A stretch of DNA of 64,000 bases from an uncultured Bacilli bacterium (GTDB lineage: Bacteria; Bacillota_I; Bacilli_A; RF39; UBA660). Of this stretch, positions 1 through 9,386 are shown piece by piece (the first letter of the stretch is position 1; the number at the start of each line of letters is the position of its first letter). A program made the position numbers and the translations under genes. The stretch is taken from the NCBI GenBank assembly GCA_947630575.1, contig CANRIB010000001.1, positions 6,085-70,084 on the forward strand. The letters are read 5' to 3'. The notes under the pieces were generated by a model that was not told the origin of the DNA, ran no database searches, and was given only the letters and a program-made list of their open reading frames with translations.

Positions 1-1
1 A

Positions 2-637
2 ATTAAAGAAGAAATTAAAAGTGTTAATAGATTAGAAAATGCTAGAACGATTGGGGCTAATGGAGTAGTTATTTATTTAGGGCTTAATAGAGCACATGAA
101 GAGTTGGGTTTAAATAATTATAAATATTATCAATTTTTAACTTTAGATAGTGCAACAAATATTAAATATATGAATAGTTTAAATCATAGTACTTGGGTTG
201 GATATGTGCCTAATGTAGTAAACGAAGATGCTAGTCCTAAGAATACAACAATATTAGTTTTAAAACAAATATATTTTGAAGATGTATTTAAAAATCAAGG
301 GGCTCAAGATTATGAAACAGTAAAAAATGATATTGCGGATAGATTAATTAGTCAGTTTGAAGAAGCTTTTGGAGTAGATATTAAAGAATATATTGAAGAA
401 ATAGCAATTTCAACACCTTTTACAATTGAGAGAATTACAAATAGTGTTAATGGTAGTATGTATGGGTATATGAAAAAAGGTTATGATAGTAGTATTCATA
501 GAATTATTAGTTATGATGAAGAGAAAGTTCCAGGTGTTAGTTTTGTAGGAGCTAGTGGGCTTTTAGGTTCTGGAATAGATAATGCCTTTTATAGTGGTTA
601 TTATGTAACTAATAAATTATTAAAAGAAAAGGAGTAA
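2..637 (+). CDS. FAD-dependent oxidoreductase (phytoene-desaturase/amine-oxidase-like), C-terminal part; 5' end lies outside the window
   Basis: The frame of ORF 104..637 stays open back to base 2. Family assignment rests only on general resemblance of the C-terminal sequence. Confidence 0.4.
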   Translation: MKEEIKSVNRLENARTIGANGVVIYLGLNRAHEELGLNNYKYYQFLTLDSATNIKYMNSLNHSTWVGYVPNVVNEDASPKNTTILVLKQIYFEDVFKNQGAQDYETVKNDIADRLISQFEEAFGVDIKEYIEEIAISTPFTIERITNSVNGSMYGYMKKGYDSSIHRIISYDEEKVPGVSFVGASGLLGSGIDNAFYSGYYVTNKLLKEKE

Positions 638-642
638 GTTAA

Positions 643-1761
643 ATGACAAAGATAGATGATTTAAAAAAAGAAAGAAAAAGTATTGTTGATACTTATTCCG
701 GTAAAAGAGTTAAAGATACATATATTGATGGAGTTATAAAAAATTTTCAGGATGTTCAATATGTTAAAATAAAAGAAATAATAGAAGAAACTAGTGATAC
801 TAAATCTTTTATTTTAGAGCCTGATTATGATAAAGGAACAAAGGAATTAGCTAGTTTTAGAGCAGGGCAATATATTAGTTTAAAAATGTTTATTGATGGA
901 GCTTATACAACTAGAGCGTATTCTTTATCTTCAGCGCCAAGTAGAATTAATAAAGGGTATAGAATAACGATTAAAAGAGTGCCTGATGGTTTAGTTAGTA
1001 ATATTATGCTTGACCAAATTAAAGTGGGGGATGGACTTACTATTTCCAGACCAATGGGAGATTTTGGTTATAATAAAATAAGGGATGAGAAAAATGTTAT
1101 AGGAATCGCCGGAGGTAGTGGCATAACTCCATTTATGGCTTTAGCTTATGCAGTTCAAGATAAATTAGAAGACTTTAATTTAACCGTTTTTTATTCTGTT
1201 AAAACAGAAGAAGATATTATTTTTAAAAAAGAAATTGAACATTTTAATAAACATTCTAAAAAAGTTAAATTTGTTATTACTTTAACAAGAGAAGAAAAAG
1301 ATGGTTATTTAAATGGACATATTAATAAAGAAATGATGGAACCATATATAAAAGAATTTAATACGGTTTTAATGTGTGGACCTAAAGCTCTTTATAAGAC
1401 TATGAATGAAATATTGGGAGAATTTAATATTCCAAGAAAATGTGTACATTATGAAAATTTCTTTCTTGATTATGAGCCAACCGAAGAAAAAACTTATGAA
1501 TTAAAAGTAATTATGAAAAATGATTTTAAAATAATAAAATGTAAAAGTAATGAAACTTTGTTAGTTTCGATGGAAAAAGCTGGCATTAAAGCACCATCAC
1601 TTTGTAGAGTAGGAATATGTGGTTATTGCAGAAGTGTAATATTGGATGGTAAAATTAAGATGGTAGGGGGAAATATGGAAAAAGCTTTAAGTGAAAATGA
1701 TTATATCCATCCTTGTATTACATATCCCGAAAGTGATATAGTTTTAAGATTAGATATTTAA
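643..1761 (+). CDS. Flavin reductase-type oxidoreductase (FAD/NAD(P)-binding) with C-terminal 2Fe-2S ferredoxin domain
   Basis: RAYSLSS (RxYS FAD motif), GIAGGSGITP (NAD motif), and a C-terminal cysteine cluster CRVGICGYCRS. RBS GGAG lies upstream. Confidence 0.7.
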   Translation: MTKIDDLKKERKSIVDTYSGKRVKDTYIDGVIKNFQDVQYVKIKEIIEETSDTKSFILEPDYDKGTKELASFRAGQYISLKMFIDGAYTTRAYSLSSAPSRINKGYRITIKRVPDGLVSNIMLDQIKVGDGLTISRPMGDFGYNKIRDEKNVIGIAGGSGITPFMALAYAVQDKLEDFNLTVFYSVKTEEDIIFKKEIEHFNKHSKKVKFVITLTREEKDGYLNGHINKEMMEPYIKEFNTVLMCGPKALYKTMNEILGEFNIPRKCVHYENFFLDYEPTEEKTYELKVIMKNDFKIIKCKSNETLLVSMEKAGIKAPSLCRVGICGYCRSVILDGKIKMVGGNMEKALSENDYIHPCITYPESDIVLRLDI

Positions 1762-1768
1762 ATTAAAA

Positions 1769-1952
1769 GGGTTAATCTACTACGTTTAGGATATTTTTGT
1801 TTGAAGACCATCTATTCTTTGTGAATACGAATGGCAACCTCAACAACACGAACGTGAACAACACGAACATCGGTGTGCGCCCAATATCCTAGGATAACTC
1901 ATATATTTGGTTAAGGCTTGGTATAGTAGAACTAGGATACAAGATTAATCCT
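1769..1952 (+). ncRNA. Template-repeat-like cassette RNA A (5' part of the template diverged or truncated)
   Basis: Starts GGTTAATCT and ends AGATTAATCC, which is complementary to the start. 1821-1883 is homologous to the 3' half of the variable tails (AAC-rich, ends GGTGTGCGCCCA). A conserved 3' domain follows. No RBS or ORF. Confidence 0.6.
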
Positions 1953-1973
1953 TAAGTGTTACTTTAAAAAAAT

Positions 1974-2022
1974 AAATACTGATATTATATGTCTTGTATA
2001 TATAATTAAAACAGTATTTTTT
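1974..2022 (+). terminator. Long AT-rich hairpin plus T-run after cassette A
   Basis: AAATACTG ... CAGTATTT stem followed by TTTTT. The same design follows all five cassettes. Confidence 0.55.
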
Positions 2023-2085
2023 ATTTGATATTTTATTATATTTAGTAAAGTATAATTTTTATGATATAATTAAATGGGTTAATCT

Positions 2086-2288
2086 TAGTTTATGGGGTTC
2101 TTTTTAGTCTCCGTATAACTTTTATAACAACGGGTCTAGTCAGTATGCTAACGTGTTCTTTGTGAATTCGAGTGGCAACCTCAACAACAACCCCGTGAAC
2201 AACACGTATGGTGTGCGCCAATATCCTAGGACAACTCATATACTTGATTAAGGTTTAGTATAGTAGACTTAGGATACAAGATTAATCC
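2086..2288 (+). ncRNA. Template-repeat-like cassette RNA B (long form)
   Basis: TGATATAAT extended -10 sits about 7 nt upstream of GGGTTAATCT. The template segment 2107-2220 begins GTCTCCG and ends GTGTGCGCCA, one C short of the consensus, so it is frame-broken and non-coding. Conserved tail ends AGATTAATCC. Confidence 0.65.
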
Positions 2289-2311
2289 TTAAGGATTTCC
2301 TTAGAATATTT

Positions 2312-2358
2312 AATGTTGATATTTTATATCTAGTATATAAAATTATTACAACATTTTT
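2312..2358 (+). terminator. Hairpin terminator after cassette B (may also serve the convergent XRE gene)
   Basis: AATGTTG ... CAACATT stem plus TTTTT. It abuts the stop of the minus-strand CDS at 2357. Confidence 0.5.
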
Positions 2359-2818
2359 ATTTTGTTTTTAAATATTTAGGAGTATTAGTTCGACCTAAGA
2401 GATAGTCGGCAGAGATGTTATATTTTTTGCAGATAGCATAAAGAAAAGAGGTTGTTATTAGTGTTTTGCCACTTTCATAGGCTGCAATAACAGAGTGAGT
2501 TGTATTAAGTAGTTCTGCTAAATTAACTTGAGTAAGTTTATTTTCTTTGCGAAAATTTTTTAATCTTTCACCGGCAATGATTTTGTTTATATCTTTTTTA
2601 ATATTTTTATAATTATTGATATTTGTAAAATTAAACATTTTATCAAAAGATAAATTATAATAATTGCATAATGTATTTAAATGTTTAATGGGTATAATTT
2701 GTAGTTCTTTTTCATATCTAGCATATAGACTATTGCTTATATTTAGAATTTTGGCAACTTGAATTTGCGATAGGCCAATTCTTTCGCGAATATTTATTAA
2801 ATTTTTTCCATAATCCAT
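2357..2818 (-). CDS. XRE-family transcriptional regulator with two helix-turn-helix domains
   Basis: Two repeats of the Cro/C1-type HTH pattern (LSQIQVAKILNISNSLYARYE and LTQVNLAELLNTTHSVIAAYE). Confidence 0.75.
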   Translation of the reverse strand: MDYGKNLINIRERIGLSQIQVAKILNISNSLYARYEKELQIIPIKHLNTLCNYYNLSFDKMFNFTNINNYKNIKKDINKIIAGERLKNFRKENKLTQVNLAELLNTTHSVIAAYESGKTLITTSFLYAICKKYNISADYLLGRTNTPKYLKTK

Positions 2819-2879
2819 TCTTTTATCACCTGCATAGATTTTCTCATACTTTTTATTTTTTATAGCATTTATTGAATAA

Positions 2880-2924
2880 AATACGACATTTCGTATTGAC
2901 TTTTAGTATATTGGATATTATAAT
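2880..2924 (+). promoter_or_regulatory. Near-consensus sigma-A promoter for the 2951 gene with an overlapping palindrome
   Basis: TTGACT (2896-2901), 17 nt, TATAAT (2919-2924). The palindrome AATACGA-N4-TCGTATT (2880-2897) overlaps the -35 box. Confidence 0.55.
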
Positions 2925-2950
2925 TTAAGTATAAGTTAGAAATTTCTAAT

Positions 2951-4384
2951 ATGATTGATAATAAGTCAATTATAAAGAAGGGAAGATTAATGAAAGTAGA
3001 GAGGTTAAGTAAAGGAAAAAGTAAGAGAATAATATTAGCTATAACAATAATAGTATTAGCAATAGGAATAATATATATAACAAATAGCAAAGCAAAATAT
3101 CAAGTAACCAAAAGTGTGCAAATAGTTAATGGTAATGTATCATATAGTCCATATGATTTTAAAATAATGGCTATGTATAAAAATGATGGAGGAGAAGATG
3201 CTCCCATAACAGAAATACCTGAAAATGGATATATGATAGACGAAACGAGGAGTTATTGTTTAAGAAATAATGAACAAATAAAGGGATTATTAAAAACAAT
3301 AAATGGCATTCACATCATATCTAAATTACATAGTAATGATAAATGTTATTTATGGTTTAATAAATCATTTACCGCTGAGGAACGAGTAACAGCTTTAGGC
3401 AAAACAACACAAACTGGCCAAATAAGTTTTGCAGAGTCAGATAAATCAGAACATAAAGATAGTAGTGACAATTCAATCATGTATAGTGGAACAGATAATG
3501 ATGGAATAACATATTACTTTAGAGGAGTAGTAAATGATAATTGGGTAAGATATGGAACTACAAGTGATAATAAAAGTATATGGTGGAGAATCGTTCGAAT
3601 AAATGGAGATGGCACAATAAGAATGATATATGCTGGAACAACAGATTTAAATTCAAATAATCCACCAGGAACAACAGGAACAGATACTCAAATAACAGTT
3701 GATGGAGAAAATACATTTCTTTATTCAAATTATGGATATGGAGATAATAAATATGTAGGCTATCAATATGCAGATAATAATGTACATGGAAAAGGAATAG
3801 ATAGCTATGCAGCAGATAGAGCAAATGAGTGGTTTAAAACAAATTTATTGGAAGAATGGAATAATGGCAATGGCAGAATAGATAATAATGCAGGATTTTG
3901 TGCAGATAGAACATCATATACAGATAATACAGGGACTTCCGAAGGAGGAGGAACCGGAACGACAACAACATATTATGCTGCTTATATAAGATTTCAAAAA
4001 GGGGGAAATTGGCAAAATCCGCAAAAACCAATATTCAAATGTACAAATACTAGTGATTTATTTACATATACAGGAGCAATAAATGGAACAAGGAGTTTAA
4101 CATATCCAGTAGGATTAATAACAGCAGATGAAGTAGTATATGCCGGAGGATTTGGAGGAAAAGATAATTATTCGTATTATTTATTTATAGGCAATGACTA
4201 TTGGACCATGTCTCCGTATTATTTTCGTGGTGCCTATGTTTACGTGTTCTATGTAAATCACAATGGCCAGCTCATTGGTAACCAAGTGAACTACAAGTAT
4301 GGTGTTCGCCCAGTAATAAATTTGAAGGCTGATACCCAATTTACAGGAAATGGAAAATCAGGAAGTCCATTTGTAGTACAATAA
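2951..4384 (+). CDS. Membrane-anchored surface protein, paralog T1, with C-terminal variable tail (alternative start ATG 2990)
   Basis: N-terminal TM segment. Central block YYFRG..NNWV..G....IWWRIVRINGDGTIRMIYAG is shared with the three paralogs. C-terminus reads GLITADEV.YAGG ... YWTMSP-[variable]-GVRPVINLKAD. Confidence 0.85.
   Translation: MIDNKSIIKKGRLMKVERLSKGKSKRIILAITIIVLAIGIIYITNSKAKYQVTKSVQIVNGNVSYSPYDFKIMAMYKNDGGEDAPITEIPENGYMIDETRSYCLRNNEQIKGLLKTINGIHIISKLHSNDKCYLWFNKSFTAEERVTALGKTTQTGQISFAESDKSEHKDSSDNSIMYSGTDNDGITYYFRGVVNDNWVRYGTTSDNKSIWWRIVRINGDGTIRMIYAGTTDLNSNNPPGTTGTDTQITVDGENTFLYSNYGYGDNKYVGYQYADNNVHGKGIDSYAADRANEWFKTNLLEEWNNGNGRIDNNAGFCADRTSYTDNTGTSEGGGTGTTTTYYAAYIRFQKGGNWQNPQKPIFKCTNTSDLFTYTGAINGTRSLTYPVGLITADEVVYAGGFGGKDNYSYYLFIGNDYWTMSPYYFRGAYVYVFYVNHNGQLIGNQVNYKYGVRPVINLKADTQFTGNGKSGSPFVVQ
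4208..4312 (+). other. Variable region VR1 (DGR-like) at the 3' end of T1
   Basis: ATGTCTCCG ... GGTGTTCGCCCA. A GC-rich island homologous to the cassettes. Encodes YYFRGAYVYVFYVNHNGQLIGNQVNYKY. Confidence 0.6.
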
Positions 4385-4480
4385 TCTAATATAATTGCTT
4401 GCCTAAGTCGCTCTAAACTTTATTCTTAGGCAAGATTAAATTCCATGAGGGGATATTCTCCTCTTTTTTTGTTTTAGTTA

Positions 4481-4759
4481 ATGTTTTTATGTCATAAAAT
4501 TGTATTGGTGAAGATTATGCATATGATTAAAAACTTGCAAAATTTTTTGTTAGACCAAGATTATTATATAGATATATTTAATAATTATATTCATGTTTAT
4601 TGTTATCAAGAATTAGTTACTTTGACAGATAAATTGATAGAATTAAAATTAAATGAGTTTGGTTTAGTTATTGAAGGAAGTAATCTTAGTGTTTCTAATA
4701 TGGATAATAAAGAAATATTAATTAAAGGTGTAGTTAATGATGTGAGGTTTGTTAGATGA
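4481..4759 (+). CDS. yqfC: YabP/YqfC-family sporulation protein
   Basis: Small protein immediately upstream of, and overlapping, a YqfD-like gene. Position matches the Bacillus yqfC-yqfD pair. Confidence 0.6.
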   Translation: MFLCHKIVLVKIMHMIKNLQNFLLDQDYYIDIFNNYIHVYCYQELVTLTDKLIELKLNEFGLVIEGSNLSVSNMDNKEILIKGVVNDVRFVR

Positions 4760-5943
4760 AGCATTATGTTAGGGGAAGAATTAAAACTAATAGTAGGACT
4801 AATTTACTTTTAAAATTAAATAGAATAAATGTGGATATTAGAAATATTAAGTATGAGAAAGATTATATATATTTTGATATATTGTCTAGTGATATTAAAA
4901 AGATTAAAAAATATTTGATTAGTTATAAATTTGAAGTAATAGATGAGTTAGGGATATATAAATTAAAAAAAGAATTAAGAGTTAATATGCTTTTTATTGT
5001 AAGTGTAGTTTTTGCTTGTGTAGTTTTTTTAATCTTGTCAAATATTATTGTTAAAGTTAATATTATCCATCAAAATAAAGATTTAAGAGAGCTTATAAAT
5101 GAAGATTTGAAAGAATATGGGGTAACTCCTATGAGTTTTAAAAAGAGTTATGATGCTTATGAAGAAATTATTTCAAAAATTAAAAATAAACATAAAGATA
5201 GAATAGAATGGTTAGAGATTGATGTTGATGGGATGGTTGTTAATATTAGGGTAGAAGAAAGAATTTTAAATGAAGAGAAAGAAGAAAAGGGTTATTGTCA
5301 TGTGGTGGCAAATACAAGTGGGATTATTACACATATATTGACAGCAAAAGGTGTAGCTTTGGTGGGAGTTAATGATTTTGTTAAAAAAGGGGATATTTTA
5401 ATTAGTGGAGAAGTTAAGTTAAATGAAGAAGTTAAAAATGATGTTTGTGCATCAGGTAGAGTGTATGCTGAAGTGTGGTATAATGTTAAAACTAGTTTGC
5501 CTTTAAATTATACATTAAAAGAAAAAACAGGGAAGATGCGCTACAACATAATGGTTAAAAATGATATGGGTGAATATGTTATTTTAAAATCAAGAGTTAA
5601 AGATAAAGAAGTTAAAAATAAATATTTAGTTAAGTTATTTGGTTATCAGGTTTATTTGCAAAAAGAATATGAAGTTATTCAATCTAATAAAAGATATACA
5701 GAAGAAGAAGCACTTAACAAAGCAATAAGTTTAGTTCATGAGAAATTAGCCGTTAAAGAAACGCAAACTCCTAAAATAATTAAAGAAAAAGTATTGCAAA
5801 AAAGTGTAAATAATGATACTTTAGATATAGAAATGTTTGTCGCAGTAGAAGAACAAATTGGGGTAGTAGAACCTTACACTAAAGAAATGGATAGTGATAC
5901 TAGTGATAGAACGGATAATGACAATAATAACTCAGTCAGTTGA
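4756..5943 (+). CDS. yqfD: Sporulation protein YqfD-like
   Basis: About 395 aa with one central TM segment. Sits upstream of the ybeY-dgkA-era block, as in Bacillus. Confidence 0.65.
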   Translation: MKHYVRGRIKTNSRTNLLLKLNRINVDIRNIKYEKDYIYFDILSSDIKKIKKYLISYKFEVIDELGIYKLKKELRVNMLFIVSVVFACVVFLILSNIIVKVNIIHQNKDLRELINEDLKEYGVTPMSFKKSYDAYEEIISKIKNKHKDRIEWLEIDVDGMVVNIRVEERILNEEKEEKGYCHVVANTSGIITHILTAKGVALVGVNDFVKKGDILISGEVKLNEEVKNDVCASGRVYAEVWYNVKTSLPLNYTLKEKTGKMRYNIMVKNDMGEYVILKSRVKDKEVKNKYLVKLFGYQVYLQKEYEVIQSNKRYTEEEALNKAISLVHEKLAVKETQTPKIIKEKVLQKSVNNDTLDIEMFVAVEEQIGVVEPYTKEMDSDTSDRTDNDNNNSVS

Positions 5944-6532
5944 TAAAATGTGGCCAATGCTTACAATATTTTTGGTGATTATAGCAGCAGTTAGAATCGC
6001 GGCGATAAGATCTAATAATGAGAGATTTGTTTTTTATAAAGAATTTTCAAATTTATTATTTATTATATATATTTTTTTGTTATATGAATTATTAACAAGA
6101 ACAGAACTTAATACATCGGTAAGTGGGTATAATTTAGTGCCTTTTACAGAAATATTTAGATATAGAATTGGGACAGATGCTTTTTATTTTAATGTAATGG
6201 GGAATATTGCTTTATTTATTCCTTTTGGATATTTTATTTCAACTTATATAAAACCTAATAGAATACTTCCTATTTTAATTGTAAGTGTAATATCTAGTGC
6301 AACTGTGGAGTTTGTACAGCTTTGTATTGGGAGAAGTTTTGATGTTGATGATATTTTGCTTAATGCTTTGGGAGCAATATGTGGTTTTTTACTTTATGTA
6401 GCTTTAAATGCGATAAAAAAATATTTGCCGGGAATTTTTGGAAAAGATTTAATTTATAATGTTTTGTGTTTTATTATTTTAATATTTATGGTATTATTTT
6501 TGTTAGGACGTATGGGGGTAGTAATTAAATGA
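5894..6532 (+). CDS. VanZ-like family membrane protein (likely start ATG 5948)
   Basis: Multi-TM protein with SFDVDDILLNALGAICGFLLY, typical of VanZ-like proteins. Confidence 0.6.
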   Translation: MILVIERIMTIITQSVDKMWPMLTIFLVIIAAVRIAAIRSNNERFVFYKEFSNLLFIIYIFLLYELLTRTELNTSVSGYNLVPFTEIFRYRIGTDAFYFNVMGNIALFIPFGYFISTYIKPNRILPILIVSVISSATVEFVQLCIGRSFDVDDILLNALGAICGFLLYVALNAIKKYLPGIFGKDLIYNVLCFIILIFMVLFLLGRMGVVIK

Positions 6533-6972
6533 AAAATTATCAGATTAATGAATTATATCCGGTGGATTTTGAATATAAGTATCTAGATAAAGTTATTAGA
6601 AGAACTTTAAAAAAAGAAAAAGCTTTAAATGCTTATTTTTCATTGATATTTGTTGGAGAAGAAGAAATACAAAGAATAAATAGAGAATATAGAGGAATAG
6701 ATAAAGTTACAGATGTTATATCTTTTGCATTTGAAGATAATTTAGATTTGGTGTATAATGATATTAGAGTTTTGGGAGATATTTATATATGTATTCCGAG
6801 AATGATTAGTCAAGCAGAAGAATATGGGCATTCAAAGAAGCGAGAACTAGCTTTTTTGACAGTGCATGGATTATTGCATTTACTGGGATATGACCATATG
6901 AAAAAAGAAGATGAAGAGGTAATGTTTGCTTTACAGGAGTTGATATTAAATGAAGAAGGAATCACAAGATAA
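6529..6972 (+). CDS. ybeY: rRNA maturation endoribonuclease YbeY
   Basis: HGLLHLLGYDH zinc motif, plus size and context. Confidence 0.9.
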   Translation: MKNYQINELYPVDFEYKYLDKVIRRTLKKEKALNAYFSLIFVGEEEIQRINREYRGIDKVTDVISFAFEDNLDLVYNDIRVLGDIYICIPRMISQAEEYGHSKKRELAFLTVHGLLHLLGYDHMKKEDEEVMFALQELILNEEGITR

Positions 6973-7396
6973 AGTTGTAGATAAAAATGCAAGATTAAAG
7001 TTTAACCGAGATAGTGTTAAAGTTTATGGTTATAAAAGATTTTTAAAGAGTATTAAATATTCTTTAGATGGTTTATATTATGCTTATCGTTATGAACAAA
7101 GTTTATGGATTCATGGTTTAGCAACAATATTATCAATTGTTATGGGAATTATTTTTCATATTAAATTATCGGAATGGGCAATTATATTTATTGCTTTAGG
7201 GAGTATTTTAGCTTTAGAGCTTATTAATACAGCAATTGAGGCGGCGGTTGATTTAACAACAAGTGAGATACATCCTTTGGCTAAAATTGCTAAAGATTGT
7301 GGTTCAGCAGCTTCATTTGTGATGGCCATTGTGTCCATAGTTATTAGTTTATTTGTTTTTGGACCTTATTTAAGAGATATTTTTAGTTTATTATAA
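6950..7396 (+). CDS. dgkA: Diacylglycerol/undecaprenol kinase
   Basis: Small 3-TM protein with ELINTAIEAAVD motif. Lies between ybeY and era. Confidence 0.8.
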   Translation: MKKESQDKVVDKNARLKFNRDSVKVYGYKRFLKSIKYSLDGLYYAYRYEQSLWIHGLATILSIVMGIIFHIKLSEWAIIFIALGSILALELINTAIEAAVDLTTSEIHPLAKIAKDCGSAASFVMAIVSIVISLFVFGPYLRDIFSLL

Positions 7397-7418
7397 GTTT
7401 ATAGAAAGGAGTTATATT

Positions 7419-8300
7419 ATGAGAAGTGGGTTTGTTAGTTTAATTGGAAGACCAAATGTAGGAAAATCAACTTTACTTAATACCATTATTAATTCAAAAG
7501 TAGCAATTACATCAAAAGTGGCTGGAACAACTAGGAATATAATTCAAGGTATATATAATGAAGAAAATTATCAAATTGTATTTATGGATACTCCAGGAAT
7601 AATTAGACCAATTAATAAACTAGGAAAAATAACTAATAAACAAGCGATGTCCCTTGTTAAAGATATTGATTGTTTACTTTTTGTAGTAGATGCTTCAGCA
7701 GGTTTAGGTAAAGGTGATAAGTTTATTATGGAAGTATTAAAAAAATCTAATGCTCCGGTGATTTTGGTTTTAAATAAAATAGATAAACTTACTAATGCGG
7801 ATATTATGTATAGTATAAATGAATATAAAGATTTGTATCCTTTTGCGGAGATAGTGCCAGTTTCGGCGTTAACTAAAGATAATGTAGAGCATTTAATAGA
7901 GGTTATTAAAACATATTTAAAAGATGAAATTAGATATTTTGATCCTAATATGAAAACTAGTAATAGTCCTTATTTTATGATAAGTGAAATAGTAAGAGAG
8001 AAGTTATTTCAAGTTATGACAGAAGAAATACCGCATAGTCTTACTTGTTATACGGTTTCGTTTGAAGAAAAAAAAGATATAGTTAATATATGTGTAGATA
8101 TAATTGTAGATAGAGATTCTATTAAAAAGATTATTATTGGAAAAAAAGGGGATACTTTAAAACAAGTGGGGATTGCATCAAGGATGGAATTAGAAAAAAT
8201 GTATAATAAAAAAGTATATTTAGAGTTGTTTGTAAAGACAGTCAAGAATTGGAAAGATAAAGAAAAATATATTAAAGAATTGGGATTTTTAGATTTTTAA
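7419..8300 (+). CDS. era: GTPase Era
   Basis: GRPNVGKST, DTPG and NKID G-motifs, plus a C-terminal KH domain. Confidence 0.95.
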   Translation: MRSGFVSLIGRPNVGKSTLLNTIINSKVAITSKVAGTTRNIIQGIYNEENYQIVFMDTPGIIRPINKLGKITNKQAMSLVKDIDCLLFVVDASAGLGKGDKFIMEVLKKSNAPVILVLNKIDKLTNADIMYSINEYKDLYPFAEIVPVSALTKDNVEHLIEVIKTYLKDEIRYFDPNMKTSNSPYFMISEIVREKLFQVMTEEIPHSLTCYTVSFEEKKDIVNICVDIIVDRDSIKKIIIGKKGDTLKQVGIASRMELEKMYNKKVYLELFVKTVKNWKDKEKYIKELGFLDF

Positions 8301-8360
8301 TGTTTTTTTGAATAAAAACCTTTTCTGATTCACATAATTAGAATAGAAAGGTTGAGAAAA

Positions 8361-8453
8361 ATGAATAAAAAGGAAGCATGGAATAAGTTTAAGAAAAGTG
8401 GGAAGGTTGAGGATTATCTTCTTTATAAAGAAATTGAAAGAGCTGAAGATTAG
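8361..8453 (+). CDS. yqzL: YqzL-family small protein
   Basis: 30-aa ORF MNKKEAWNKFKKSGKVEDYLLYKEIERAED preceded by an RBS. Position between era and recO matches Bacillus yqzL. Below the ORF-track cutoff. Confidence 0.6.
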   Translation: MNKKEAWNKFKKSGKVEDYLLYKEIERAED

Positions 8454-8459
8454 CTTTTT

Positions 8460-9275
8460 TTATTTTTTTAGAAAACGGTTTAAACATTTATTATTAGTTT
8501 TGTCTTCTAATTCACTTAGGGTAGTATAATCTGTAAGAATTTTAACTAAGTTTATTAAAGCTTTGTTTTTATCATGACGATTACGACTTATGGCCATTAG
8601 GATTTCTTCTTTTTGACGAGGAGATAGGGTGCCCCAAATAAAGTTATCATTTTTAAATAAATAAGTAACAATTGTTGTTAATTCGGCTTTGATGATGGTT
8701 AATTTTTTTTGGCGATCACGGTAAAAAATATTATCCGTTATGGCGTTATTTTCTTGATAGAGTCTTAATACTTGTTTATCATAAAATTCAATTGTTTCTA
8801 TTAGTTTAATGATTTTTTTAGGCCCTAAACTTTCAATGCTCGCGATTAGAGCATTATTTCCTTTAAAGGTATAGTGATTTAAAAGATATTTGATAGAAGC
8901 AAGATTAAAGGCTTTTAGACTAGTTTGTAAGTAATCATTGGAATTTAGAGGAAACATGGCTAAATTATCACCAGAAGTAGTTTTATCACAGGCAGTACTA
9001 AACTCTAAGAATTCTTTGTTAGTTAGGGGTGGAGTTATTTCATATATTTGGCTTGGGTTTTCATTATGGTTGATATAATCAAGGGTAAGCGCGGCAACCT
9101 TTAATATTTTGGTAAATTCAGGGGTGTAATTTTCAGGATTATCTGTTAAATAATCTATTAACTCTTGGACATTAGTAATATTATAATTATTTAATAAAAG
9201 ATGGGATTTATTTTTAGATGGTTTATATTTTAATATATAGTCAATAAGAGTTATATCTTCATAAGTTTTTGGCAT
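8460..9275 (-). CDS. Hypothetical protein (271 aa), opposite strand, between era/yqzL and recO
   Basis: Long ORF with an RBS. No recognisable motifs. Confidence 0.6.
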   Translation of the reverse strand: MPKTYEDITLIDYILKYKPSKNKSHLLLNNYNITNVQELIDYLTDNPENYTPEFTKILKVAALTLDYINHNENPSQIYEITPPLTNKEFLEFSTACDKTTSGDNLAMFPLNSNDYLQTSLKAFNLASIKYLLNHYTFKGNNALIASIESLGPKKIIKLIETIEFYDKQVLRLYQENNAITDNIFYRDRQKKLTIIKAELTTIVTYLFKNDNFIWGTLSPRQKEEILMAISRNRHDKNKALINLVKILTDYTTLSELEDKTNNKCLNRFLKK

Positions 9276-9386
9276 TTTAATTCTCCTTTTTTAAGTATTA
9301 ATATTATAATAGTTTAAAGAACTTTTGTCAATTTATGTCTTTTTAAAATAAAGGGTATTTGTTATAATTAAAAAAGAGGGATTTAA

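Noticed and set aside
1769-2288. Cassettes as silent donors for RecA-type gene conversion (pilS/vls-like) without any RT.
   Set aside because: Not excluded, but disfavoured. Expressed copies differ from the cassettes specifically at cassette adenines, and the cassettes are AAC-loaded and framed by promoter, structured tail and terminator. Pure gene conversion would copy the AAC codons unchanged.
3558-4031. Minus-strand ORFs 3558-3824 and 3834-4031 inside T1. Similar antisense ORFs lie inside T2 (15330-15572, 15703-16034, 16737-17048), T3 (37106-37358, 37764-38000) and T4 (38365-38565, 38712-39284).
   Set aside because: They are Leu/Tyr/His/Phe-rich translations of the reverse complement of well-supported coding sequence. 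They have no RBS and lie entirely within longer, motif-bearing plus-strand genes.
6810-8245. Short minus-strand ORFs 6810-6992, 7156-7338 and 8048-8245. Likewise 14520-14729, 19044-19232, 26631-26828, 46134-46637, 53492-53698, 56927-57145 and 57361-57621.
   Set aside because: All lie antisense to, or out of frame within, strongly supported genes, and all lack translation signals.
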